Shown piece after piece: positions 1 through 9,267 of a stretch of DNA of 64,000 nucleotides. Each line of letters begins with the position of its first letter. Position 1 is the first letter of the stretch. Source of the stretch: an uncultured Chloroflexia bacterium (GTDB lineage Bacteria; Chloroflexota; Limnocylindria; Limnocylindrales; CSP1-4); assembly GCA_963712735.1 (NCBI GenBank), contig CAVQIZ010000005.1, forward strand, positions 490,535 through 554,534. Direction: 5' to 3'. Under the pieces are notes generated by a model. It did no database searches, was not told the DNA's origin, and worked only from the letters and a program-made list of their open reading frames with translations. The position numbers and the translations under genes were made by a program.

Positions 1-1
1 C

Positions 2-301
2 GTGGTGGCAGCACGCATCCGCGGAGCCTGGGATCGCTCCCGGGCGCGCAACGGCGGCTCAGACAATGCGGCGCTGAGCGGGGAGCGGCTCATCCGTGCC
101 TGCGCTCTCGAGCCGCGGGCACGAGACTGTCTCAAGGACGTCTCGCAGCAACTCGACCTGACCGCTCGCAGCATCCATCGGATGATGCGCGTGGCCCGGA
201 CCGTGACGGACCTGCGAGGCCACGAACGAGTCGGCGTGGACGAGATCCTCGCGGCCACATCGATGCGCGACCGCTCCATGGAAGCGGACCTCATCGCATG
301 A
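2..301 (+). CDS. comM: YifB/ComM family Mg-chelatase-like AAA+ ATPase, C-terminal fragment (gene begins before the window)
   Basis: RARNG...NAAL and LDLTARSIHRMMRVARTVTDL match the C-terminus of YifB/ComM; ATGA overlap with dprA is the usual arrangement. Confidence 0.8.
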   Translation: MVAARIRGAWDRSRARNGGSDNAALSGERLIRACALEPRARDCLKDVSQQLDLTARSIHRMMRVARTVTDLRGHERVGVDEILAATSMRDRSMEADLIA

Positions 302-1509
302 GGCCAGCGCACGACCCGCTGACCGAGCGAGAAGCCTGGATCGCGCTGGCGGCCACACCAGGAGTCGGCGAGCGGACGTTCGAGCGCCTGCTCGAGGTCC
401 ACGGCAACGCTCGCGATGCCCTCGCGTGGGTGCTGGAGCTGCCGTCTGCGCGCGCCGACCGGCACCTCGCCGGCACGCTCGAGCTGCGGGTGCAGCGCGG
501 CCTGGGGGCCGCCATCCGCGCCTCCGCTGCCGACCCTGGCCGCAGCGAGCGATCGATGCAGGCATTGGGAGGCTGGGTGCTGACCCCGCTCGATGCCGGC
601 TACCCCGCCCTCCTGCATGGCATCGAGGAGCCGCCAGCGGTGCTGTACGGAGTCGGTGACGCCGCTTCGCTCTCGCAGCGACGGATGGTGGCCGTGGTCG
701 GCACGCGTCAGCCGACCGTGGCGGGCCGCGATCTGGCCGCACGCATCAGCCGGCGGCTGGTGGAGACCGGGCTAGCGGTGGTCTCCGGGCTCGCCCTCGG
801 CATCGATGGTAGCGCGCACCAGGCCGCCATCGATGGCGACGGCACGACCGTGGCCGTGGTCGGCGGTGGTCTCGACGCTCCCGGCCCGGCCAGCCACCGA
901 CGCCTCGCGCGCAGCATCCTCGTGCACGGCGCCATCATCTCGGAGCTGGCGCCGGGAGTGCGCCCCACGAAGGGCACGTTCCCCAGGCGCAACCGCATCG
1001 TCAGCGGGCTGGCCGACGCCACCATCGTGGTCGAGGCCCCCGCACGGAGTGGTGCGCTCATCACGGCGCGCCACGCGCTCGAGCAGGGACGCCGCCTGCT
1101 GGTGGCCACCGGCCGACCACTGGATCCCCGCGTGGCCGGCAACCTGGCGCTGCTGCGCGAGTCCCCGGCGATGCCGCTCATCGGGCTGGACGAGATGGTC
1201 GCCGACCTCGACCTCGGATGCGTCGTGGACGGGAGCGGTGGTGGCGGGCGAGCAGACACACGGTCGGCACCAGCGACGCTGGGGGCAGCCGCAGCGCTGC
1301 AGCTGCTCGAGCCGACGCAGCGAGCCGTCGCCGAGGCTCTGTCGAGCGGGCCGCACTCGGTGGATGGGCTCTGTCGCGCCACCAGCCTGGATCCAGCTGC
1401 CGTGGTCGCGGCCCTGACGATGCTGCAGTTGCGGGGTTGGGCGCGAGTCCTGGGTGCCACGCATCTGCCGGCCGGCCCACTGCTGCTGGACAGCGTCGGC
1501 AGCAGATGA
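298..1509 (+). CDS. dprA: DNA-processing protein DprA (Smf)
   Basis: Motifs VAVVGTR, VVSGLALGIDGSAH, FPRRNRIVSGL, VVEAPARSGALITA; C-terminal winged-helix. Confidence 0.95.
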   Translation: MRPAHDPLTEREAWIALAATPGVGERTFERLLEVHGNARDALAWVLELPSARADRHLAGTLELRVQRGLGAAIRASAADPGRSERSMQALGGWVLTPLDAGYPALLHGIEEPPAVLYGVGDAASLSQRRMVAVVGTRQPTVAGRDLAARISRRLVETGLAVVSGLALGIDGSAHQAAIDGDGTTVAVVGGGLDAPGPASHRRLARSILVHGAIISELAPGVRPTKGTFPRRNRIVSGLADATIVVEAPARSGALITARHALEQGRRLLVATGRPLDPRVAGNLALLRESPAMPLIGLDEMVADLDLGCVVDGSGGGGRADTRSAPATLGAAAALQLLEPTQRAVAEALSSGPHSVDGLCRATSLDPAAVVAALTMLQLRGWARVLGATHLPAGPLLLDSVGSR

Positions 1510-1566
1510 GAGAGTCCGACACGCCCGGTTCGGGTCCCGCTGGTCGTCGCAGCGTAGGATGGGAGC

Positions 1567-1977
1567 ATGATCAGGAACGTCATCTTGCACCTGGTGGGCG
1601 AGCTGCCCATGAAAGCCGACATCGAGTCCCTGCCCACGGCGGCCGATGCCGGGCTGCTCTGCACCAACCTGCGCACGCTCGAAGGACGCAAGCCCGTCTC
1701 CACCGAGTACCTCGACTCGGTCTTCCTGCTGCCGTACACCGTCATCCGCTTCATCGAGATCCCGCGAGCCTCGATCCACGCTGCCGGACTCGACCACGAT
1801 CTGCCGGTGGGCCCGGTGGAGCTGCCGGCCGAGGCCGGCGCCGTCCCCGACGGCACGCACGTCATCGTCACGCCGGCACCGAGAGCCGCCGACGCGATGG
1901 GGCGGTCGGCCGAGGACGAGGCGCTCGAGCAGTTCGAGCTGGACGCCGAGCTGTTACGGCGCATCCGCGAGGCGTGA
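1567..1977 (+). CDS. Hypothetical protein (small beta-rich domain plus acidic tail)
   Basis: 136-aa ORF with GC3-rich codons filling the dprA-topA gap; TAGGAT box 6 nt upstream. Confidence 0.7.
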   Translation: MIRNVILHLVGELPMKADIESLPTAADAGLLCTNLRTLEGRKPVSTEYLDSVFLLPYTVIRFIEIPRASIHAAGLDHDLPVGPVELPAEAGAVPDGTHVIVTPAPRAADAMGRSAEDEALEQFELDAELLRRIREA

Positions 1978-2018
1978 CCTCCCCCGAAGCCCGAGCGGGT
2001 GGTGCGCCCGCGCACCAC

Positions 2019-2027
2019 TGCTACACT
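2019..2027 (+). promoter_or_regulatory. Extended -10 promoter element (TGc-TACACT) 8 nt upstream of the topA ATG; probably leaderless
   Basis: TACACT at 2022-2027, no Shine-Dalgarno before ATG 2036; the same layout recurs at many genes in the window. Confidence 0.55.
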
Positions 2028-2035
2028 CCGCGCCG

Positions 2036-4504
2036 ATGACGAAGAACCTGGTGATCGTGGAGTCGCCGGCCAAGGCACGCACGATCGAACGCTATCTCGG
2101 GGACGGCTACAAGGTGCTGGCCTCGTATGGTCATGTGCGCGACCTGCCAGAGAACCCCGGCAAGGGCAAGCTGGGCGTCGACGTGGAGCACGACTTTGCG
2201 CCCGAGTATGTGGTCAGCGAAGACCGCCGCAAGCAGTTGAATGCCATCACCAAGGCTGCCGCGACATCTGACCTGGTCTATCTCGCGACCGACCTCGACC
2301 GCGAGGGCGAAGCCATCGCCTGGCACGTGGTGGAAGCCGTAGACATCCCAGAAGACAAGCGCCGCCGGGTCACCTTCAGTGAGATCACCAAGAGCGCGAT
2401 CACGGCTGCCTTCGCCGAGCCACGCGACATCGACATGGGTCTCGTCGACGCCCAGCAGACGCGCCGCATCATGGACCGCATCGTCGGCTACACCCTGAGC
2501 CCGCTGATCAGCCGCAAGGTGCGCAGCGGCCTCTCCGCCGGCCGCGTTCAGTCGGTGGCGGTCCGGCTGGTGGTCGAGCGCGAACGCGAGATCGAGGCGT
2601 TCAGCGCGCGCGAGTACTGGACCCTGGACGCGCTGCTGGAGACGCCGGCAGGGGAACGCTACCGCGCCGCCCTGGTGAAGGTCGACGGCACGCGCCTCGC
2701 CACCGGCGGCGAGGTCAAGAAGAACGAGGTCCCCATCGCGGACCAGGCCACGGCGCAGGCGTACGTCGAGGCGCTGCGAGGCCAGACAGCCACCGTCACC
2801 TCGGTCAAGGTGCGCAGCAGCAAGCGCAACCCGGCTCCGCCTTTCACCACCAGCACGATGCAGCAGGAAGCCAGCCGCAAGCTCGGCTACGGGCCCAGGC
2901 GCACGATGTCGGTGGCACAGCGGCTCTACGAGGGCATCGAGATCGACGGCGAGCCCACCGGCCTCATCACCTACATGCGGACCGATTCGGTCAACCTGGC
3001 CACGTCCGCCCAGCACGAGGCGCAGGACGTCATCCGCTCGCGATACGGCAACGAGTACGCCGTCGAGGGCGGCCGCGGATACAAGACCAAGGTCAAGGGT
3101 GCGCAGGAGGCGCACGAGGCCATCCGTCCGACAAGCTTCATGCGCCATCCCGACTCGCTGCAAGGCCGCATCAAGGACGACGAGTTGCGCCTGTATCGAC
3201 TCATCTGGCAGCGTGCCCTGGCGTCGCAGATGGCCCAGAAGCAGATGGAGACGACCGCCGCCGAGCTCAGCGCGGGCCGCTTCGAGTTGCGCGCCAGCGC
3301 CACGCGCACGACCTTCGACGGCTTCACGCGGGTCTATACCGAGGGCCGCGACGACGGCGCCGAGGAAGAGGCGGAGAGCCGGCTTCCGGCACTGTCCGAG
3401 GGCGACCGTTCAGCCGTCGCCGACGTGGAGGGCGAGCAGCATTTCACCGAGCCGCCGCCGCGCTACACGGAGGCTACGCTCATCAAGGCGCTCGAGGAGA
3501 ACGGCATCGGGCGGCCTTCCACGTACGCCGCCACCATCTCCACCATCCAGGACCGTGGCTACGTCACCGTCAAGGAACGGCGCCTGCGGCCAGAGGCGGT
3601 CGCCCGCGTCGTGACCGACGTGCTGGTCGAGCACTTCGGCGACTACGTCGACTACGACTTCACCGCACGCATGGAGGCCGAGCTCGACGAGGTCGCCGCC
3701 GGCCGGCGTGGCTGGGTGCCGCTGCTGCACGAGTTCTACGACCCGCTCATCGCGCTGGTCGATGAGAAGCGCAAGACGCTCACGCGCAAGGAGTTGACCA
3801 CCGAGGAGACCGACGAGGTCTGCTCGGAGGGTCACCCCATGGTCATCCGGCTCGGCCGCAACGGCCGCTTCCTGGCCTGCTCCATGTACCCCGACCACAA
3901 GGAGACACGCGACATCCCCGGCGAGGAGCCGGACATGCCCGCGGTGGAAGGTGCCGGCGAGGCCTGCCCCAAGTGCGGCCAGGGCACGCTGGTGGCCAAG
4001 CGAGGACGCTTTGGCGCCTTCGCGGGCTGCGACCGCTATCCCGACTGTGACTACATCCATCGCACCGGGCCGCCACCGCCACCACCCTTGCCCTTCGAGG
4101 TGCAGTGCCCCACCTGCGGCGAAGGCCACCTCACCGCACGGCGTGCCCGCCGGACCGGCAACGTCTTCTACGGCTGTGACCGCTATCCCAAGTGCGACTT
4201 CACCACCAACTTCGAACCCCTCGGGGCCGTGCACGACAGCGACGCCGGAGCCGTCGGCCTCAAGGACGAGAGCGGCATCTGCCTTCGCTGTGGCGCCGCC
4301 ATCGACCTGCCCGCGGATCGCGCCGCGCTCGTGGGCATGTCCCTCGCCGGGGGCGAGCCGGACCCGGCGGCGCTGGCGCCATCGCGCAAGCGTCGAGCCG
4401 CCGGTGGCGGGCGCAAGGCGGGCACCAGAGCCAAGGCTGGCACACGCAAGCGCACGACGACCCGGGCGGGCGCCGACGCCGGAAGCGACGATCCCGGCAG
4501 CTGA
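2036..4504 (+). CDS. topA: DNA topoisomerase I (type IA) with C-terminal Zn ribbons and a Lys/Arg-rich tail
   Basis: MTKNLVIVESPAKA Toprim start, ATDLDREGEAIAWH, SAGRVQS, catalytic GLITYMRTDS, CPKCG-type Zn ribbons. Confidence 0.98.
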   Translation: MTKNLVIVESPAKARTIERYLGDGYKVLASYGHVRDLPENPGKGKLGVDVEHDFAPEYVVSEDRRKQLNAITKAAATSDLVYLATDLDREGEAIAWHVVEAVDIPEDKRRRVTFSEITKSAITAAFAEPRDIDMGLVDAQQTRRIMDRIVGYTLSPLISRKVRSGLSAGRVQSVAVRLVVEREREIEAFSAREYWTLDALLETPAGERYRAALVKVDGTRLATGGEVKKNEVPIADQATAQAYVEALRGQTATVTSVKVRSSKRNPAPPFTTSTMQQEASRKLGYGPRRTMSVAQRLYEGIEIDGEPTGLITYMRTDSVNLATSAQHEAQDVIRSRYGNEYAVEGGRGYKTKVKGAQEAHEAIRPTSFMRHPDSLQGRIKDDELRLYRLIWQRALASQMAQKQMETTAAELSAGRFELRASATRTTFDGFTRVYTEGRDDGAEEEAESRLPALSEGDRSAVADVEGEQHFTEPPPRYTEATLIKALEENGIGRPSTYAATISTIQDRGYVTVKERRLRPEAVARVVTDVLVEHFGDYVDYDFTARMEAELDEVAAGRRGWVPLLHEFYDPLIALVDEKRKTLTRKELTTEETDEVCSEGHPMVIRLGRNGRFLACSMYPDHKETRDIPGEEPDMPAVEGAGEACPKCGQGTLVAKRGRFGAFAGCDRYPDCDYIHRTGPPPPPPLPFEVQCPTCGEGHLTARRARRTGNVFYGCDRYPKCDFTTNFEPLGAVHDSDAGAVGLKDESGICLRCGAAIDLPADRAALVGMSLAGGEPDPAALAPSRKRRAAGGGRKAGTRAKAGTRKRTTTRAGADAGSDDPGS

Positions 4505-4532
4505 TGGCGGGCCGGCGGGGCAGAGCAGCGCG

Positions 4533-5546
4533 ATGAGCGAGCAGGGCAGTCGCGACGGCGCCTCGGCCGCCTCGGCGTTCCTCTCGTCGCTCGACGCACG
4601 GGATGCCTCCCCGCATACGCGGCGAGCCTATCGCACCGCTGTCGAGCAGTTCCTCAGCTGGCTGGGAGCGGTCGACGGCGTGGAGTGGACGCGACCACCT
4701 CGCCGGACCCTGCGGGCCTACCTGGCGGAGCTGGACGGGCGTGGCCTCTCGCGCTCCACCATCAGCAGCCGCATCGCGGCGCTGCGCTCGTTCTACCGCT
4801 TCGCACGACGGCAGGGCTGGGTCGCCGGCGACCCCTGGGCCGCCATCGTGACGCCTCGTCGCTCGTCACGACTCCCACGCGTCATGGAGGTCGAGGATGT
4901 CGAGCGGCTGCTCGACAGCATCCCCGGCTCGGGCGGGCACGCGGTCGGCGCTGCCTGGGACGTTGGCGTCTCCGAGGCGCTCGAGCTGCGGGATCGAGCC
5001 ATCGTGGAATGCGCCTACGCTGCGGGCCTTCGCATCAGCGAGATCGCGGGTGCCAGGCTGGCCGATGTGGACCTGCGGCGGGGCGAGATCCGCGTCCTCG
5101 GTAAGGGACGCAAGGAGCGGTTGGGCATGCTGGGCGCACCCGCCCGCGATGCGCTGGCGATGTACCTGCAGGGCGGCCGGCCTTGCCTCGCGGCCGCCGG
5201 CGACGGATCGCGGTCGGATGACGCGCTCTTCCTGAGCAGCCGTGGTGGCGCCCTGGGCACCCGCGGCGTGCGCAAGCGCATCGACCTGCTGGTGCGCCGC
5301 GCAGGGCTCCCCGAGCGCACCACGCCACATACGTTGCGCCACTCGTTCGCCTCCCACCTGCTCGAGGGCGGGGCTGATCTGCGCGTCGTGCAGGAGCTGC
5401 TGGGCCACGCCAGCCTGTCGACGACGCAGGTCTACACCCACGTCAGCCCCGGGCGCCTGCAGGCGAGCTATCGCGCCGCCCATCCGCGCGCGACCGCCGA
5501 CCGCGCTGCGCCGAGACCAGACGCGGAGCCAGACGACCGCTCGTGA
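4533..5546 (+). CDS. xerC: Tyrosine recombinase XerC
   Basis: RDRAIVECAYAAGLRISE, GKGRKER, HTLRHSFASHLL, LGHASLSTTQVYTH; directly downstream of topA as is typical for xerC. Confidence 0.85.
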   Translation: MSEQGSRDGASAASAFLSSLDARDASPHTRRAYRTAVEQFLSWLGAVDGVEWTRPPRRTLRAYLAELDGRGLSRSTISSRIAALRSFYRFARRQGWVAGDPWAAIVTPRRSSRLPRVMEVEDVERLLDSIPGSGGHAVGAAWDVGVSEALELRDRAIVECAYAAGLRISEIAGARLADVDLRRGEIRVLGKGRKERLGMLGAPARDALAMYLQGGRPCLAAAGDGSRSDDALFLSSRGGALGTRGVRKRIDLLVRRAGLPERTTPHTLRHSFASHLLEGGADLRVVQELLGHASLSTTQVYTHVSPGRLQASYRAAHPRATADRAAPRPDAEPDDRS

Positions 5547-7102
5547 GCAAGGGAGCGCTCGCTCGCGCCGGCCTGATCGTCACCGGCGCCTTCCTCGCCT
5601 CTCGTGTCCTGGGTTGGCTGCGCGTCCTCGTACTGGGCAACCTGTTCGGCAAGCCCGATCAGATCGCCGACCTGGACGCCTACTACGCCGCCTTCCGCAT
5701 CCCGGACCTGACGTTCGAGCTGGTCGCTGCCGGCGCCATCGCCTCGGCCCTCATCCCGGTGCTCTCGGGGCTGCTGGCCAACGGCGAGCGGGAGCGTGCC
5801 TGGCGCGTGGCCTCCACCGTCATGAACCTCATGCTCTCGGCGCTCCTGGCCTTCGCCGTCGTGTTCGCCGTCTTCGCGCCGGTCATCGTGCCCCTGCTCG
5901 TGCCCGGCTTCGACGAAGCTACCACCGCGCTCACGGTCGATCTCACCCGGCTCATGCTCGTGGCGCCCATCTTCCTGGCGGCCGGCTCGGTGGTCAGCGC
6001 CATCCTGCAGACGCAGGACCGTTTCGGCGCTGCTGCCCTGGCGCCGGTCATCTATAACGCCAGCATCATCGCCGGCGCGCTGCTGCTCTCGCCGGTGCTG
6101 GGCATCTATGGCGTCGCACTGGGTGTCGTCATCGGCGCCATCGGGCACCTGCTGGTTCAGCTGCCGGCCCTGCGTGGGCGCTTCGACTACTCACTGGGTG
6201 CCGACGTGAGCGACCACGCTGCCCGCCAGACGTTCTGGCTGATGCTGCCGCGCGCCATCGGCATGGGCGCCAACCAGATCACGTTCCTGGTGAACACGGC
6301 CCTCGCCAGCACCGTAGCGGTCGGCGCCGTGGTGAGCTACACCGTCGCATTCAGCGTGCTGCAGATCCCGCTCGGGGTCATCGGCCTGCCGCTTGGCATC
6401 GTGCTGCTGCCGTCGATGTCGCGCGCGCTCGCGCTCGGACAGGAAACCGAGTTCAGCGAGCTCGTCACCCGGGCGCTACGCCTGCTGCTGTGGCTGATGG
6501 CGTTCGTGGCGGCGGTCGGCATCGTGACTCGCGACCAGGTCGTGGACCTGCTCTTCGGCTGGGGCTTCGACGAGCCCACCCTGGCCGCCACAGCGGCGGC
6601 ACTGGGCGTCTTCCTGCTGGGTTTGCCGGCGCACGCGATGAACGTCATCCTGGCGCGCGCGTTCTACAGCGGCAAGGACACCATCACGCCGGTGAGCGTG
6701 GCCATCGTCTCGGTGGGCGTCAACGTGGCGATCTCGCTGGCCACGGTGGAGGCGTGGGGCATCCGCGGCCTGGCGCTGGGCATCGCCGTCGGTGCCTGGT
6801 TCGAGGCGGCCTCGCTGACGTTCCTGCTGCGCCGCCGCCACAGCAGCTTCCATGCCCTGCCGGTGGTGAGCGGGGCGCTGCTGTCGCTGGCGGGTGCGCT
6901 GATGGCTGCGCTGGTCGCGGCCGGCGTGCTGGCTCTCTACCCGGTTCCCGCCGACCTGCCACGGGTCGCGAGCCTGCTCCTCCAGCTCAGCATGGCCACG
7001 GGTGCCGGACTGGCCCTGTACGTCCTGTACAGTCGCCTGGTGCGACTCCCTGAGCTCGGCCGGGCCCTGGACCTGGCTCGCGCCGCCCGTCGCGGCCGAT
7101 GA
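5543..7102 (+). CDS. murJ: Lipid II flippase MurJ (MviN)
   Basis: SRVLGWLRVLVL, DAYYAAFRIPDL, RAFYSGKDTITP; multiple hydrophobic TM segments. Confidence 0.95.
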   Translation: MSKGALARAGLIVTGAFLASRVLGWLRVLVLGNLFGKPDQIADLDAYYAAFRIPDLTFELVAAGAIASALIPVLSGLLANGERERAWRVASTVMNLMLSALLAFAVVFAVFAPVIVPLLVPGFDEATTALTVDLTRLMLVAPIFLAAGSVVSAILQTQDRFGAAALAPVIYNASIIAGALLLSPVLGIYGVALGVVIGAIGHLLVQLPALRGRFDYSLGADVSDHAARQTFWLMLPRAIGMGANQITFLVNTALASTVAVGAVVSYTVAFSVLQIPLGVIGLPLGIVLLPSMSRALALGQETEFSELVTRALRLLLWLMAFVAAVGIVTRDQVVDLLFGWGFDEPTLAATAAALGVFLLGLPAHAMNVILARAFYSGKDTITPVSVAIVSVGVNVAISLATVEAWGIRGLALGIAVGAWFEAASLTFLLRRRHSSFHALPVVSGALLSLAGALMAALVAAGVLALYPVPADLPRVASLLLQLSMATGAGLALYVLYSRLVRLPELGRALDLARAARRGR

Positions 7103-8169
7103 GCGCCGGCACGACCCGGACGAGCGTGGTCGACGACGCTGGTACGCCTCCCGATGGCTGGTATGAGCGAGCGGTGGCGCTGCCCGGTGGGCACGCCATG
7201 CAGTCGGCCACCTGGGGCAGCTATCGAGCCGGCCAGGGCTTCGAGCCCCACTACCTGACCTTTGCGGACGACCGCGTCGCCCTTGCCCTGCTTCGCCGCA
7301 GCGCGGGGCTACCCGGTGTGGAGGCCAGCGTCAGGCGCGGCCCCGCCCACGCCGGCGAGCCGGCGGCGCTGGCCGCCGCACGAGCAGGAGCGTTGGCCAG
7401 GTGGGCGACGGATCACGGCGCACGCGACCTCTACCTGGACCCGGAGCGGCCCGCCGATCCCGGGTACGCGGCGGCCATGCACGCACTCGGCTTCAGGGAG
7501 ACCGATGGCCTCGATCCTTCGATCCACGTGATGCGGCTCGACTTCCCGCCGGGAGCCGATGCTGCAGCCGTGCGAGCCGGCTTCTCCAAGTCGACGCGTC
7601 AGCGCATCGGCGCGGCTGCGCGTGGCGGCACCGCCGTCAGCGAGGATCCCGAGGGCGAGCACCTGGAGGCGTTCGCGGCGCTGATGCGCGAGCGTGCCGA
7701 GGTCGTCGGCATGCAGCTCCAGCAGGGCACCGACTACCTGCGTGGCTGGCGGGCGCTGCTGGCAGACGGCCTGGCGAGGCTGCTGGTGGCGGTGCACGAG
7801 GATGAGCTCGTAGGCGGTCTGTTCCTCTACGATCACGGAGGCATCTGGGCCACCGTCTATTCTGCCGACCGGGCGTCGCGCCGCCATGACCTGCCGGGCA
7901 CGATGCATCTTGTGCGCGCCACCGCCATCGAAGGCGCGCTGGCTGCTCAGCGCGACGCCATCGAGCTCGGCGGCGTGGACCTGCCCGGCCATCGCACGCC
8001 ACCGCGTCCGGGTGACCCCAACCGTGGTCTCTACGAGCACAAGCGCGGGTTCGGGGCGCGCTGGGTCGAGCGCGAGCCGGCGCGACGCATCGTGCTGCGA
8101 CCCGCAGCCGAGCGACTGGCACGGACCCGCCGTCGCGTCATCGATGTCCTTCGCGGGATGCGAAGATAG
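7099..8169 (+). CDS. FemABX-like aminoacyl-tRNA-dependent peptidyltransferase (GNAT fold), copy 1
   Basis: HAMQSATWG N-terminal motif, FSKSTRQRIGAAARGG, GLYEHKRGFG C-terminal motif; located between murJ and murE. Confidence 0.8.
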   Translation: MSAGTTRTSVVDDAGTPPDGWYERAVALPGGHAMQSATWGSYRAGQGFEPHYLTFADDRVALALLRRSAGLPGVEASVRRGPAHAGEPAALAAARAGALARWATDHGARDLYLDPERPADPGYAAAMHALGFRETDGLDPSIHVMRLDFPPGADAAAVRAGFSKSTRQRIGAAARGGTAVSEDPEGEHLEAFAALMRERAEVVGMQLQQGTDYLRGWRALLADGLARLLVAVHEDELVGGLFLYDHGGIWATVYSADRASRRHDLPGTMHLVRATAIEGALAAQRDAIELGGVDLPGHRTPPRPGDPNRGLYEHKRGFGARWVEREPARRIVLRPAAERLARTRRRVIDVLRGMRR

Positions 8170-8217
8170 GGTGGGTGGACCGGGACGATCCCGCCGCCGC
8201 CCTGCCAGGAGGCCCGA

Positions 8218-9267
8218 TTGGACACTGAGCTCGAACAGCTGCGCATCGATGACGTCGCCTGGGATGCCTTCGTCGAGTCATCGACGACACCCTTCCCGCT
8301 GCAACTCTCGGCCTGGGCGCATGCCAAGCGGCTCACCGGTTGGACGGTCGCACGGGTGATAGCCGACGGGGGGTCCGGCCCCATCGGGGGTCAGCTGCTC
8401 ATGCGCCGGTTGGGCCCGGGGCCGTTCTCGCTCGCCTACCTGCCGCGTGGACCCATCGCCACCTCGTTCGACGAGGCCAGTCTGACCGCCTTCACCTCCG
8501 CCCTGCGCGAGGTCGCCAAGTCACGCCGACTGACCCACATCACGGCAGAGCCGGGACTGGAGGGACGGGCCCACGACGGGCTCTTCAGCGCGGCCGGCTG
8601 GCAGCCGGCCCAGGCCCTGCAGCCGCCGACGTCGCAGATCATCGACCTGCGCAAGTCCGAGGAGGAGCTCTGGTCGGACGTGTACAAGTCGAGCCGGCGC
8701 TACGCCAACGGCGCCCGCAAGCGAGGCTGTACGGTCCGCGAAGGCGGCGAGGACGACCTGCCGGTCTTCTACCAGATCCTCGTCGAGACCGCCCGTCGCA
8801 GCGGCTGGATCCCGCGCGCGCAGGAGGCATATCGGGGCGTCTACCGCGCCTTCGCGGCGGAAGGTCGCGCCCGCATCCTCATCGGCTCGCTGCCCGACGG
8901 CACGGCGGTGTCGAGCAAGCTCATCCTCAGCTGCGGCGAAACCGATTTCCAGTTCTACGGCGGTCTGACGGATGTCGGGGGCAAGGAGCGCTCGGGCCAC
9001 TTCTTCGAGTGGGAGGCCATCATCCGCAGCAAGGCCAGGGGAGCCTCGTTCTTCGACATGTGGGGTCGTTCGACCAAGGGCATCGCCCACTTCAAGCAGG
9101 GCTTCGGCGGTCGTGTCGTGGAGTACGGCGGGGCCTGGGACCTCGTGATCAATCCGACCGTGCGGGCACTGTCGCTGCGCGGGCGCGATGCGGTGGTGTG
9201 GCTGGCGCGCCGCCGTCGAGGCCTGGATGCGAGCGACGATGCGACGCCGGCGCCGAGCGGTGACTGA
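8218..9267 (+). CDS. FemABX-like peptidoglycan bridge peptidyltransferase, copy 2
   Basis: PLQLSAWAHAK, LAYLPRGP, YKSSRRYANGARKRG, GIAHFKQGFGG; AGGAGG SD before TTG 8218. Confidence 0.88.
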   Translation: MDTELEQLRIDDVAWDAFVESSTTPFPLQLSAWAHAKRLTGWTVARVIADGGSGPIGGQLLMRRLGPGPFSLAYLPRGPIATSFDEASLTAFTSALREVAKSRRLTHITAEPGLEGRAHDGLFSAAGWQPAQALQPPTSQIIDLRKSEEELWSDVYKSSRRYANGARKRGCTVREGGEDDLPVFYQILVETARRSGWIPRAQEAYRGVYRAFAAEGRARILIGSLPDGTAVSSKLILSCGETDFQFYGGLTDVGGKERSGHFFEWEAIIRSKARGASFFDMWGRSTKGIAHFKQGFGGRVVEYGGAWDLVINPTVRALSLRGRDAVVWLARRRRGLDASDDATPAPSGD

